IMG/VR virus record: IMGVR_UViG_3300042485_001041
Coordinates: 17,219-81,218 of that record
Direction: 5' to 3' (one strand)
Source: a virus
DNA: 64,000 nt
Shown here: positions 17,698-26,701 of the stretch, in pieces
Layout of the letters: the number at the start of each line of letters is the position of its first letter
Numbering within the stretch: position 1 is the stretch's first letter
The notes under the pieces: model-generated
The model's database searches: none
What the model was told of the DNA's origin: nothing
The model's input: the letters and a program-made list of their open reading frames with translations, nothing else
Position numbers and translations under genes: made by a program

Positions 17698-18971
17698 TCC
17701 AAATAGTCATTGACAGTTTCACCTGCTTTTGACTGGTTGTGACGAAGGCGATGTAAGTATCGCTCTGTCGTCTGTATTGATTGGTGACCTAGTCGCTCTT
17801 TGACCTCATGGACATCTACCCCGTTTTTTAATAACTGGGTAGCGTTTGCGTGCCTGAGATCGTGAGTTCTAGGCTTCCAATCTATGCCTGACTTGGCTAT
17901 TGCTTTGTTCCAGATCGTTCTCCATACATCTCGTGGAAGGTGACTCGATTGATCGATAAACCCCTGTTGCTTCTGGTATGGCTTCTGGTATGGCTTTGCC
18001 TTTTGCCTATGCTTTCGCACCGACTCTCGGCAATCACCACACCTACAACCGCCATGCGTGTAGGCATACAGAGTTCCATGCTGGAACTGTTTTCCGTCTT
18101 TTGCGAATGGTCGCTCAGACATTTTATTCTCTCCACGAGAAGCCTCTATTTTACTTTCTATGGTCACTAGTGACTTAGGGAAGAGCAGATCATCTTTTGC
18201 TAGGGCTTTAGCCTTGACATGAGCCTTAATCTCATGTAACAGGGCTTGGCTTAACATAAGGCTTCGCTTATGACCTGACTTGGTCGCATCGACTACCAAG
18301 AATCGACTGCTATGGCTTTTGCCTAGATCGCTCACTCTTCGCTGTACGAACACCTCTCCCGAAGTGAAGTTGATGTCTTTGACTCGCAACTCGGTGGCTT
18401 CACCGAATCGGCAACCCGAAGCGATCAAGAATTGCGCGAATAATTGGGCATTCTTATTCGGTAAATGCTTAATTATGGACTTGAACTGCTCTGGCTCTAA
18501 TACCTGCTGTAAGTCGGCATGGCGTTGCTTAATCCTTATCCCATGAGTCGGGTTACTGGCTAACTCACCCGTCTGGACTAGTCGCTTAAAGGCAGACCCC
18601 AGAGAGGCTTTGACTTGCCTCAGCGTTGCTGGTTGAACCCCACTTAACTTCAACTCTTCCAGCAGGTGAACTAACTTTCGGCGGTCAATGGAAGTTACTT
18701 TGAGATGCCCGATCTTTGGCAGGGCATACTGCCTAAGCACCGACTCGTAACCCTTACGGGTGATAGGCATGAGATCAGCAACGGGCAACCACTCTTCGAT
18801 ATAGGTGGATAGGGTCATAGAAGCCCTAGAAGCCCCCTCTGAATCCGATCGCTCGGCTTGTAAGGCGTGGTATTCGGCTTCGGTTTTCGTATCCCAAGTG
18901 CCAGCAGAGAGCCGTTTACCGCCCTTGCGATAATAGCCAGTCCAACGATCTTTACGCTTTACGGCATACAT
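17694..18971 (-). CDS. int: Tyrosine recombinase/integrase with inserted Zn finger
   Basis: SGCRFGE, TKS, HDLRH, LGHxSxxTTERY catalytic residues. Confidence 0.93.
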   Translation of the reverse strand: MYAVKRKDRWTGYYRKGGKRLSAGTWDTKTEAEYHALQAERSDSEGASRASMTLSTYIEEWLPVADLMPITRKGYESVLRQYALPKIGHLKVTSIDRRKLVHLLEELKLSGVQPATLRQVKASLGSAFKRLVQTGELASNPTHGIRIKQRHADLQQVLEPEQFKSIIKHLPNKNAQLFAQFLIASGCRFGEATELRVKDINFTSGEVFVQRRVSDLGKSHSSRFLVVDATKSGHKRSLMLSQALLHEIKAHVKAKALAKDDLLFPKSLVTIESKIEASRGENKMSERPFAKDGKQFQHGTLYAYTHGGCRCGDCRESVRKHRQKAKPYQKPYQKQQGFIDQSSHLPRDVWRTIWNKAIAKSGIDWKPRTHDLRHANATQLLKNGVDVHEVKERLGHQSIQTTERYLHRLRHNQSKAGETVNDYLE

Positions 18972-18996
18972 AACTAACTTCCCCCTTCCGCTGCGT

Positions 18997-19043
18997 GTTA
19001 CTCGTGAGTAACCTACTGCTGAGTAATGTTACTGGTCAGTAAC
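18997..19043. promoter_or_regulatory. Three tandem 16-bp palindromic operators GTTACT-N4-AGTAAC
   Basis: 18997-19012 and 19028-19043 match exactly, 19012-19027 is degenerate; directly upstream of int. Confidence 0.7.
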
Positions 19044-19051
19044 TTAAAGGT

Positions 19052-19089
19052 CAAAAAATAGCCCCTAGACCAGAACCGATCTAGGGGCG
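19052..19089 (-). terminator. Intrinsic terminator ending the leftward early operon
   Basis: GCCCCTAGA...TCTAGGGGC stem followed on the minus strand by TATTTTTT. Confidence 0.75.
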
Positions 19090-19198
19090 TAAAGGCTAAG
19101 GCTTAGGGAATCTGCTCTGAAGTAACTTGCGGTCGGTCGCGGGAAAGTTACTTCACGCTCGAAGTAACTTTGGGCGGATACCTTCAGCAGAGTTAGAG

Positions 19199-19396
19199 TT
19201 ACTTATCCAGTTCAATCTCGATCTGGTTTGCTCTCTTACTCTGCCATTCGGTGATCGTTTCTTGCTTCCAGATAGGCGTTCGCCCCATGTAGCGATCTGG
19301 CTCTGGAAGGGTGCTTCGCTTTCGATAGGTGTAAATCGTTTCCACCTTTAGACCCGTTAAGGTAGCGATGTCGGTACTTGTTAGCCATTCGCTCAC
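19199..19396 (-). CDS. Excisionase/AlpA-like HTH protein
   Basis: WLTSTDIATLTGLKVETIYTY...LPEP...W, close to int. Confidence 0.8.
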   Translation of the reverse strand: MSEWLTSTDIATLTGLKVETIYTYRKRSTLPEPDRYMGRTPIWKQETITEWQSKRANQIEIELDK

Positions 19397-19869
19397 TTAG
19401 TTTCACCATTCTTTGATTTAGTTTCATCTGGATTTTTTCCCCACTTCAATTCTCTAGTTTGGGCATCTGCCCATAGATAGGGCGATGAAATACCTACTTT
19501 GAAATCGTAATACTCTGGTGCTTTACGCTTTAAGTTGCTCTGGTGCGATAGGTGTAACACTTCATCACCAACCCAGAATGGAAGTCCTGTATCTGGAAGT
19601 AACGCATGAACTGCCACGAATCTAGCGAGCATCGTGTCCTGATAGCCCCTAGCACGCCACTCCATACAGATAGCCATTCCGTATTCGCATAGAGCGCGTT
19701 CATAACCGCGCCACATTTTAACAGCAGGGTGATTAACCCAACCTTCGCTATTACCGAGAAGAGTATTAAGAATCTGCCACGCTTCAACGCGCTGTTTACC
19801 TAATCGCCTGTAATCAAGTGCCATAGCAGTTTTACCGAACTCGGCATAAGGCATGAATGTATTAACCAT
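19393..19869 (-). CDS. Pyrimidine-dimer DNA glycosylase (DenV-like, MSMEG_6728 family)
   Basis: TFMPY...LDYRRLGKQRVEAWQIL...NHPAVKMWRGYE...SHQSNL. Confidence 0.85.
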   Translation of the reverse strand: MVNTFMPYAEFGKTAMALDYRRLGKQRVEAWQILNTLLGNSEGWVNHPAVKMWRGYERALCEYGMAICMEWRARGYQDTMLARFVAVHALLPDTGLPFWVGDEVLHLSHQSNLKRKAPEYYDFKVGISSPYLWADAQTRELKWGKNPDETKSKNGETK

Positions 19870-20031
19870 TTATTTTCTCCATGTAATTTCGCCATGAGTA
19901 TCGCATTCGAACTCGATAATAGTTTCTTCTCCGCGTAAGTAAGTACCGCAATTTTCGCAATAACCTTCATCTACAAGATGTGGCATAGTCCAACCGCATA
20001 CATCTGAGCAATCGCATTCTTCGGTTTCCAT
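19870..20031 (-). CDS. 53-aa acidic Cys-rich protein (not in ORF track)
   Basis: Own translation METEECDCSDVCGW...CENCG...CDTH; fills the gap. Confidence 0.55.
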   Translation of the reverse strand: METEECDCSDVCGWTMPHLVDEGYCENCGTYLRGEETIIEFECDTHGEITWRK

Positions 20032-20033
20032 AA

Positions 20034-20303
20034 TTAAAACTCCTTCGCTACTGATTGATACTTGTGGCGTTGCTCTCTGCGCTTTAAGTTCTGGCGTTCA
20101 CCTTCGGTAAGTCCACCGAAGATCCCGTAAGCGACATTATTAGTTAGCGCGAAAGTAAGGCACGCATTCTTATCTGCTGGCTTACAACTGGCGCATAGTG
20201 ACTTTGCTTCGTGAATCTTTAAGTGTTCAGTCGGGTCTGGAAAGAATATATCTGGGTCATTAGCCGACTGACAGGGCGCATCTATGATCTCGTATCTAGC
20301 CAT
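20034..20303 (-). CDS. whiB: WhiB-family regulator (second copy)
   Basis: PCQ..DPDIFFP...AKSLCASC...CL...GIFGGLT..ER. Confidence 0.9.
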   Translation of the reverse strand: MARYEIIDAPCQSANDPDIFFPDPTEHLKIHEAKSLCASCKPADKNACLTFALTNNVAYGIFGGLTEGERQNLKRREQRHKYQSVAKEF

Positions 20304-20601
20304 TATCTTTGCCCTTCTTATAGTCGATGAATGTATCTAGCATCTCGCTTAACTCTTCTGGCGTTACTTCTGCTAGTCGAGTAAGAATCTCGATAACTGT
20401 AAGCATTCCCCAGATTAAGTATTCAGGGTCGAGTTCATGCTTTGCCATGATCTCGTTTAAGTGTTCATTAGCGATGTGAGTCTGAATCTCTTCTGGAAGA
20501 TGATCTTCTCGCTCTGACTCCAACTTAAATCCGCGACATAACTTCAAGAACTCGTTAGCAAGTTCGATTGAATTAACTCTTAATTGCTCTTCACTACTCA
20601 T
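20296..20601 (-). CDS. Hypothetical acidic protein
   Basis: RBS AAGGGG; overlaps whiB start. Confidence 0.65.
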   Translation of the reverse strand: MSSEEQLRVNSIELANEFLKLCRGFKLESEREDHLPEEIQTHIANEHLNEIMAKHELDPEYLIWGMLTVIEILTRLAEVTPEELSEMLDTFIDYKKGKDNG

Positions 20602-20740
20602 TTATTTTCCCCTTCTGTAAGTAAGTGCTTTCAATCTGACGCACTTGTAACCGAGTTAGTTCGAATTGATCTGCGACTGTTGCTAGTGACTTACCAGCAA
20701 GTCGAAGATCGACTATCTGTTTTTTTATTTCATCGTTCAT
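20594..20740 (-). CDS. 48-aa sigma-70 region-4-like HTH protein (not in ORF track)
   Basis: Own translation IVDLRLAGKSLATVADQFELTRLQVRQIE resembles the sigma4 HTH (TLxEVxxxFxVTRERIRQIE). Confidence 0.6.
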   Translation of the reverse strand: MNDEIKKQIVDLRLAGKSLATVADQFELTRLQVRQIESTYLQKGKINE

Positions 20741-20773
20741 AATAGGTATTCCATTCTCTAGGTAAATAAATAG

Positions 20774-20916
20774 TTAGTAGAGATCGCTCAGAAGTAGAAC
20801 GGGTGCGTGTAATAGGCTCGGACTCGAAAGTCGGTACAGCCCATTAATCTGATCAGATTTTCGTACACTCTTTTCAGTCTTATCGAAGTCTGCTAGGTGT
20901 GAACGATCTCTACTAA
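20774..20916 (-). ncRNA. Putative structured intergenic RNA A
   Basis: 13-bp closing stem TTAGTAGAGATCG/CGATCTCTACTAA; internal UUCG-loop hairpin on the minus strand (20821-20832). Confidence 0.55.
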
Positions 20917-20923
20917 TAATGGA

Positions 20924-21052
20924 ATCGAGCAGGGGCAGGTATAACTCTTTTCAACAGCGCGGAAAGTACGCTGAGGACTGTCATGGCTATCCTTCAAGGG
21001 TAAGGAGTGGGTCATAGAAGCCCAGTTAACCCCTTGTTTACCCCCACTCGAT
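20924..21052 (-). ncRNA. Putative structured intergenic RNA B
   Basis: Closing stem ATCGAG..GGGG/CCCC..CTCGAT with C-A mismatches (G-U on the minus strand) and three internal hairpins. Confidence 0.5.
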
Positions 21053-21057
21053 AAGTT

Positions 21058-21306
21058 TTATTCTTCTTCTGGCTCGCAATCGCAATCTTCTTCTGCGTGT
21101 TCATCGCAATTCCATTGGCAGTTTTCACCGACCCAATCGTTGACATGACCAACGCATACATCTAACGCATCGTCTGCGATCTCGTGTCCGTCTGCCATAC
21201 CTTTGAAGTCCGATGAATCCCACCATGTAATTACGATCTCTTCTTTGAGATCAGTTGCGTAAGTGCGATTAAGTATTTCGATCGCTTCTTTAACTGTAAC
21301 TATCAT
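21058..21306 (-). CDS. Hypothetical acidic protein
   Basis: Operonic ORF. Confidence 0.65.
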   Translation of the reverse strand: MIVTVKEAIEILNRTYATDLKEEIVITWWDSSDFKGMADGHEIADDALDVCVGHVNDWVGENCQWNCDEHAEEDCDCEPEEE

Positions 21307-21459
21307 TTATTTATCCAATCCGTAGCACTCGACCATTGATTTGAAGCAGTAATGATCGCCAACCCAGTTGATGTGGTTAACGATCGCACCAATAATTAGT
21401 AGAACGATGATCGAACTGATGATCGCTACTACCCAACCTAACTTAGTTAAATTATTCAT
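21307..21459 (-). CDS. Small membrane protein (start re-assigned to MNNLTK)
   Basis: Single TM helix; TAATG coupling to the HNH gene. Confidence 0.6.
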   Translation of the reverse strand: MNNLTKLGWVVAIISSIIVLLIIGAIVNHINWVGDHYCFKSMVECYGLDK

Positions 21460-22040
21460 TACGCAACCCTCTCTAGGTACATTCGGTATCTCCATGAGTT
21501 TCGTTCGATAAGAGTTTTCTCTTGGTGGCAACTAGCGCAACGAATCACGCACTTATTAATCTCGCGTTGGATTATGTGTGACGGGTAATTCTTTAAGACT
21601 CCGTTGCTGATGTCGAAAAGTTTTTTACCGCGCACATGGTCGAAGGTTGCTTGAAGCGGATTAATCATTCCGCAATCAACGCATGGCTTCTGGTAATAAC
21701 GAAATACAAGTCTGCGAGCAGGACTCTCTTTCGTTATGTGATTGTGCTTTTGTATCGCACTAACGCATGGTTTACATCTACCTTCTCGACTTGGTTTGCG
21801 CCCTTTGCGATTTGCTAATTGAAATGATGAAATTACTTTCACCTTCTCGCATGATGAACACTTGCGTTTGCCTTTGGCTTCTAGTGCTAATCGTTTAGCA
21901 GTTCGATCTGCCGAAGTTTTACGCTGAATAGACTGGCAACGCTTACACCTTGCGCGTTTTCCATACTTGCCGTCAACGAACTTATTAAACTCTTTGAGTG
22001 GCAAGTCCTTGAAGCAACCTAAGCAGTTTTTAGTACGCAT
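21459..22040 (-). CDS. HNH endonuclease with N-terminal Zn-finger repeats
   Basis: Two CxxC...CxxC units, then CVDCG...FDH...KCVIRCASCH. Confidence 0.8.
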   Translation of the reverse strand: MRTKNCLGCFKDLPLKEFNKFVDGKYGKRARCKRCQSIQRKTSADRTAKRLALEAKGKRKCSSCEKVKVISSFQLANRKGRKPSREGRCKPCVSAIQKHNHITKESPARRLVFRYYQKPCVDCGMINPLQATFDHVRGKKLFDISNGVLKNYPSHIIQREINKCVIRCASCHQEKTLIERNSWRYRMYLERVA

Positions 22041-22748
22041 TTAATCCCAATCAGTAGTTAGTCCTGCGAGAGAGAGAGTTTTATACTTTAGATCGTCATG
22101 GTTAGACGGCGTTACATAACCAACCACGAATCTACTTCCAGTAGTCGCAACGATCACGCCTCTACGCAATCGACCATGAGCCTGAACCCATACCCTGTCA
22201 CCAACGAAGGCGTTATATGGTGGCTTCGCGTTCTGCCAACTACCTTCGTATTGTTCACCAGCAAGCGAGATCAGTTCATTTTTAATAGCGCGAATCTTTG
22301 AAAGTATCTCTAATTTATCTTTCGCCACTTTCATAGTTTTAGCCATTGATCTACCGCGACCGATACCGCACACCACCGCATGATGAGTTAGCCAATTTAA
22401 CTCTGCGTTATCATGCTTCGTGCCGATCTCCCACGCATACGCCGTATAAACATTTACTAGTTTAGTTTCACCATAACCACCAACCAGAGAAGCATCAACG
22501 CTGTAATGAGAAGTTAACGGGTTGCCATTAACATCTAAAACTTCTCGCATTGAGTATCTAACTTCGGTGATAATTAGTTGAAAGTGATCTTTGAAAGTTT
22601 CTTCATGGAAGATAGTTTCAATAACTTTTATCTCGTGAGTTGTATCCATGAACTTGTAACTATCAGGCTGTCTGCGACCAGTCCATTCGTTAGTGTGGAA
22701 GTGATACTTCTCGTAGCACACTTTGAATCGATCTAAGAAAATACTCAT
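22041..22748 (-). CDS. Hypothetical protein (possible SH3-like C-terminus)
   Basis: Operonic ORF; VGDRVWV...GVIV. Confidence 0.65.
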   Translation of the reverse strand: MSIFLDRFKVCYEKYHFHTNEWTGRRQPDSYKFMDTTHEIKVIETIFHEETFKDHFQLIITEVRYSMREVLDVNGNPLTSHYSVDASLVGGYGETKLVNVYTAYAWEIGTKHDNAELNWLTHHAVVCGIGRGRSMAKTMKVAKDKLEILSKIRAIKNELISLAGEQYEGSWQNAKPPYNAFVGDRVWVQAHGRLRRGVIVATTGSRFVVGYVTPSNHDDLKYKTLSLAGLTTDWD

Positions 22749-23362
22749 GCCACCGAATCCCTTGCTTCGAGAATCTTCTCGATTAGTGTTTGAAGTACGC
22801 GAGCATCGAACTCGACAGTCGCTATTGGCGTGTAGTCACCATTCGCATCTCTGCGATTACCAACTGAACCGCGAACGCTGTTAATGCGATCACCGATAAT
22901 TGTTTTTAGCGCGAGCATTGAAGAATCAAGAATGCGCTGTTGGTAGTTTTCCAACTCTGCTCTCTTGCGTTGCGCCTCTTCGCGTTCGATACGAGCCTTC
23001 TCTTCACGAGCCTGTTCTTCTGCTTCACGAACTGCCCAACGCGCTTCTAGTGACGGATATTCAGCCACGATGTCCTGTGGGCGTGCGAGCCAGTAAGTCC
23101 ATTCATCAGGTTTGGTTGCCCACTTCTGAGATCGCACCATGTAACCAACGCTTCGTGCGCCCTTGTCGGCAGGTTGGAAGTTTGGGTTATGTGGTGAATC
23201 AAATCGAAATACCTTGTAATCGTATTTATCTAGTGACACTAATTCCGCATTCGCAAGTGAACCGCGACTTACAGTATCGGGATTTTTCTTATCCGATGAT
23301 GAATAATCCCATGAAGGAATTACGCCGTAGTGAACTCCAACTTTTAATTCGCCTGATTTCAT
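22745..23362 (-). CDS. Hypothetical protein with coiled coil
   Basis: RBS AAGGAG; operonic. Confidence 0.7.
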   Translation of the reverse strand: MKSGELKVGVHYGVIPSWDYSSSDKKNPDTVSRGSLANAELVSLDKYDYKVFRFDSPHNPNFQPADKGARSVGYMVRSQKWATKPDEWTYWLARPQDIVAEYPSLEARWAVREAEEQAREEKARIEREEAQRKRAELENYQQRILDSSMLALKTIIGDRINSVRGSVGNRRDANGDYTPIATVEFDARVLQTLIEKILEARDSVA

Positions 23363-23749
23363 TTATTTATTCTCCTTAGTTACTAGTTCGATAATTCGTT
23401 CGGCAGTTTGATCGAGTGCTACATCAACGATAGTTACATCGCTGTTAACGCTTTTCAAGTGATCTGTAATAACTTTAGTTATACATTTTTCGTAATCGTA
23501 ATCTTCATCTGTATTTTGATCTAACACTAAGTTGCCGTTATTAGAATCGTAATAAACAGTTACAAGTAATTGTTTTTTCTTCATGTTTAGTTTCCCTTGT
23601 TTAGTTAAAGAGTTCGCGCACTTTACGCAAACCGAGTAGAGGTAGCCGTCAGGATAAGTAACTTCTCTTTCATTCTTAGAGTTACTAATAAGTTCTCGGC
23701 ATTCATAGCATGAGATAAGAGCCTTTACTTTTATTCCCTTGTAATTCAT
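23363..23749 (-). CDS. Hypothetical protein with N-terminal Zn ribbon (start re-assigned to MNYKG)
   Basis: RBS AAGGGA; CYEC...CVKC; second in-frame RBS+ATG at 23584. Confidence 0.6.
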   Translation of the reverse strand: MNYKGIKVKALISCYECRELISNSKNEREVTYPDGYLYSVCVKCANSLTKQGKLNMKKKQLLVTVYYDSNNGNLVLDQNTDEDYDYEKCITKVITDHLKSVNSDVTIVDVALDQTAERIIELVTKENK

Positions 23750-23836
23750 ATTCGTTTCCCTTGTTAGTTGGTTAGGGGTGGAGTGGGGCAAGTTAGTACC
23801 AAGCCCCACCCCACCGAGTCACCTAGAGAGTGACAT

Positions 23837-25762
23837 TTAGTTTCGAACGAGTCTGCGAGTGATCGCGTACTTCACGATCTTTCGAGCCATTCCAATTAGA
23901 TCGAGTGGATTATTAATAACCGCACCGATCTCGCAACGATGTGAAGTTTCACTATCGAGAACGATCTGTTCGTTTGAATTGGGAATGTATGCGAACGCCG
24001 TTAACACGCCAGCACGAGCCATTCGATCGATCGCATCGTGAGTTTGCTTTAAGTCACCGCCCCATTCTCCGTCAGTAATGGCGAAGAAAATACGAACTGG
24101 TTTATCAGTTTCGGCAAGTAACTTAGTCGCGTACTTAACGGCTTGATCTGGCTCAGTACCGCCACCAGCACCAGCATCTCGAATCACGCCAGTTGCTTTA
24201 TCTTTTGCGCGATACAGCAGGTTAGTATCACTATTGAAAGTGATAACAGTTGTATTCGCATTGATCTTGTCGAGTGCGCGTTTAATTGCGTACATCGCCT
24301 TGTATGCCTTCTCTGCCTTATGACCAGACATCGAACCAGAGTTATCGAGAATGACTACGCATTCGATCTCGCAAGCATCTTCGATACCTTCATTCCATGA
24401 ATCGAAAACAGTTTCGATGTCCTCTCCACGCAAGTAACGCCCTGCGTGTAAGCGACCACTCGACTCGTAAGTTTCCCAAGCAGGGTCATACGATGATTTC
24501 AACCGCAACAGTTCACGAGCGAATGTTGCTGATGCTTCAACAGTTTTAGAATCAGGGCGAAGCGAATTAAATCGCTCTAACTCTGGCTCTTTAGCGTTAT
24601 TGGTAGCAAGAGAAGGTAAGCCACCAATCTGGCGCATGATGTCGCGGATTTCATCTGCGATCTCGGCACTAGTAAGAATGTCATTCAGAGTTGATTGAAG
24701 TAACTCTGCTAGTTCGTTACCGACTCCGTCAGAACTTTCATCGTTGATTTCATCGTCACCATAATCTTCGAACTCGACTTGATCGATGTCTAATTCGATA
24801 GTTGGTTTTGATTTCATCTTCTCTGCGAGTTCGGCATCGTCTGCCTGATCTAATTTAGAAGCACGATCTGAATCGCGCTTCTGTTGTTTAGGTGGTTGAG
24901 GGCGTGAAGCCATAGAGGACTCGATACCTTCGTGTGGGCGATTGCCATGACCGAATGGGTCATTGAGAATGACATTGAAATCGCCTTCTTTGCCCTCTCC
25001 AGCAGGTTTAACTTTGATCTGGGTGCTTCCACCTTCACCAGAGCCGTCACCGCTTCCAGAGCCGTCACCTTTGGGCAACAGCGTATGGAATCGCGCTATT
25101 AATTCTTTCCCTTTTTCAGTATCAGTAGGGAATACAAGTAAGCGATAAGCATCGACTATCTCGCATATTTCAGCGATATTTTCTTGCTCTGGATACGCAT
25201 TACGAGAGTTCGCTCTAATTTGAACAGGTAAGTATCTGCGACCACGAAGTAGCGGATACGAATTAACGAAGGCATCTGGCTTCTCTACGAAGTGAATCAG
25301 AATCGTAGAAGTAAACCAATCAACAGTTGAGGGATAGCGAGTAGTAAATAAAGTTTCTATTCGCTGATCTTCAAGTGCGTTATATGCCGAGAAGTAATTG
25401 TTATCTCTAACGAACTCGAAGATGTCTGAACCTTCTCGTGCTGTATAGAGAATGTGACTGATCTCGTGAAGATCAAGCCCTTTAAGTCCAGCGATTGATT
25501 TAGCATCATTTAGATCGCCAATTAATCGTGAATTAAAAGTTACTTCACTAGCACCAGAGTAAGCAGGTGAGTTCATCGATGAATGCTCGACCTTTACAGT
25601 CACCTTGCGGAAAGTGAATGCTGAGTTCACTCGACCGAATAAGTGACAGAAGCGTTCGATCTTCTGGCGATGTAGTTCTGCTTCATCGCGCTGGCGCATT
25701 AGCGCACCAGCATCTAGCCCTTGTAGAAGTTCATCTACTTGGTCATGTATTGAACCGCGCAT
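23837..25762 (-). CDS. vWA-domain protein with N-terminal HExxH domain (CobT-like)
   Basis: LHEISH...NALEDQRIE; MIDAS LDNSGSM, GGT, ITDG. Confidence 0.85.
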   Translation of the reverse strand: MRGSIHDQVDELLQGLDAGALMRQRDEAELHRQKIERFCHLFGRVNSAFTFRKVTVKVEHSSMNSPAYSGASEVTFNSRLIGDLNDAKSIAGLKGLDLHEISHILYTAREGSDIFEFVRDNNYFSAYNALEDQRIETLFTTRYPSTVDWFTSTILIHFVEKPDAFVNSYPLLRGRRYLPVQIRANSRNAYPEQENIAEICEIVDAYRLLVFPTDTEKGKELIARFHTLLPKGDGSGSGDGSGEGGSTQIKVKPAGEGKEGDFNVILNDPFGHGNRPHEGIESSMASRPQPPKQQKRDSDRASKLDQADDAELAEKMKSKPTIELDIDQVEFEDYGDDEINDESSDGVGNELAELLQSTLNDILTSAEIADEIRDIMRQIGGLPSLATNNAKEPELERFNSLRPDSKTVEASATFARELLRLKSSYDPAWETYESSGRLHAGRYLRGEDIETVFDSWNEGIEDACEIECVVILDNSGSMSGHKAEKAYKAMYAIKRALDKINANTTVITFNSDTNLLYRAKDKATGVIRDAGAGGGTEPDQAVKYATKLLAETDKPVRIFFAITDGEWGGDLKQTHDAIDRMARAGVLTAFAYIPNSNEQIVLDSETSHRCEIGAVINNPLDLIGMARKIVKYAITRRLVRN

Positions 25763-25772
25763 GGAGTCCTCT

Positions 25773-26642
25773 CTAAGCGTTCGCGTACTCGGTTGTAATG
25801 GACTCTACGGCTATGCCCAAGTCCTCTTTGATGTTGTAACCAGCACCTTCTAAGAGCATCTTTACAGCAGGTCGCTCTTCTTCGGTGAAGTTATTAGTAA
25901 AGATTTCGCACGCTAGATCGTATGACAATTCTTTCGAAATCTTCTCGAAAGTTTTTAGAATGCGAGATGTAATTGGAGTTTCGAAGATCGTTGCGTTATT
26001 GGAGTGTGAACCACTAGAAGATGTAGAGCGCATTCCGTAAGCAAGATCAAGCAGAGCAGGTGAAGCGATGTATTGACTTTCAACAGCGCGATCGAAATCG
26101 TAATGAAGTTTGATCTCGAAGCGATCTGCTAATTGCTCTGGTAGTGGTTGAGAGCCACGATAGTTTGGATTGAAGTCAGCGATGATTAATAGATCAGGGT
26201 GCGCCTTAATAACTTCGCCCTTGTGTCCTAGAAGCGTAATAACACGCGAGAAGTCCAGAAGTGGAAGTACGAAGTGTTTAGCGTTCTTGGCTAACTTATC
26301 GATCTCACCAAGATTGAGAATGCCACCATGACGAACTAAGTTTACGATCTGCGAATCGACCCACTCTAGTTTTCCATTTTCATCTGGCACATAAGAGCCT
26401 TGAAGTTCCGAAGCACTTAATGAATCGTTCGAAGGCACATTGTAATAAGGCAAGCCACGAAGCGAAGCGATGTATTGAGCGAATGAAGATTTACCAGTAC
26501 CAGAATGTCCGAAGTTAAGGATATTCATTTTGTTTTTGATTGCGTAATCTGCGATTGCGATTTCAGATACGCCAGCGAATGATCGTGGCACATAATGCGC
26601 CATTGAATCGAGCGAAGGTATAAATTGGTTGATCGTTGACAT
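25773..26642 (-). CDS. MoxR/CobS-like AAA+ ATPase
   Basis: GHSGTGKS Walker A; GGILNLGEID (variant Walker B); NPNYRG; LADRF. Confidence 0.88.
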   Translation of the reverse strand: MSTINQFIPSLDSMAHYVPRSFAGVSEIAIADYAIKNKMNILNFGHSGTGKSSFAQYIASLRGLPYYNVPSNDSLSASELQGSYVPDENGKLEWVDSQIVNLVRHGGILNLGEIDKLAKNAKHFVLPLLDFSRVITLLGHKGEVIKAHPDLLIIADFNPNYRGSQPLPEQLADRFEIKLHYDFDRAVESQYIASPALLDLAYGMRSTSSSGSHSNNATIFETPITSRILKTFEKISKELSYDLACEIFTNNFTEEERPAVKMLLEGAGYNIKEDLGIAVESITTEYANA

Positions 26643-26701
26643 GTTATTCCGTTTCTCTAGGTGATTGGTTTGGTTTTATTTTCTTACTTATTAAGTTGTA
26701 G

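Noticed and set aside
21459-22040. HNH protein plus nearby structured RNAs as an OMEGA/IscB-like RNA-guided nuclease
   Set aside because: No RuvC or PLMP motifs, two unrelated ORFs separate it from the RNAs, and it resembles ordinary phage HNH proteins.
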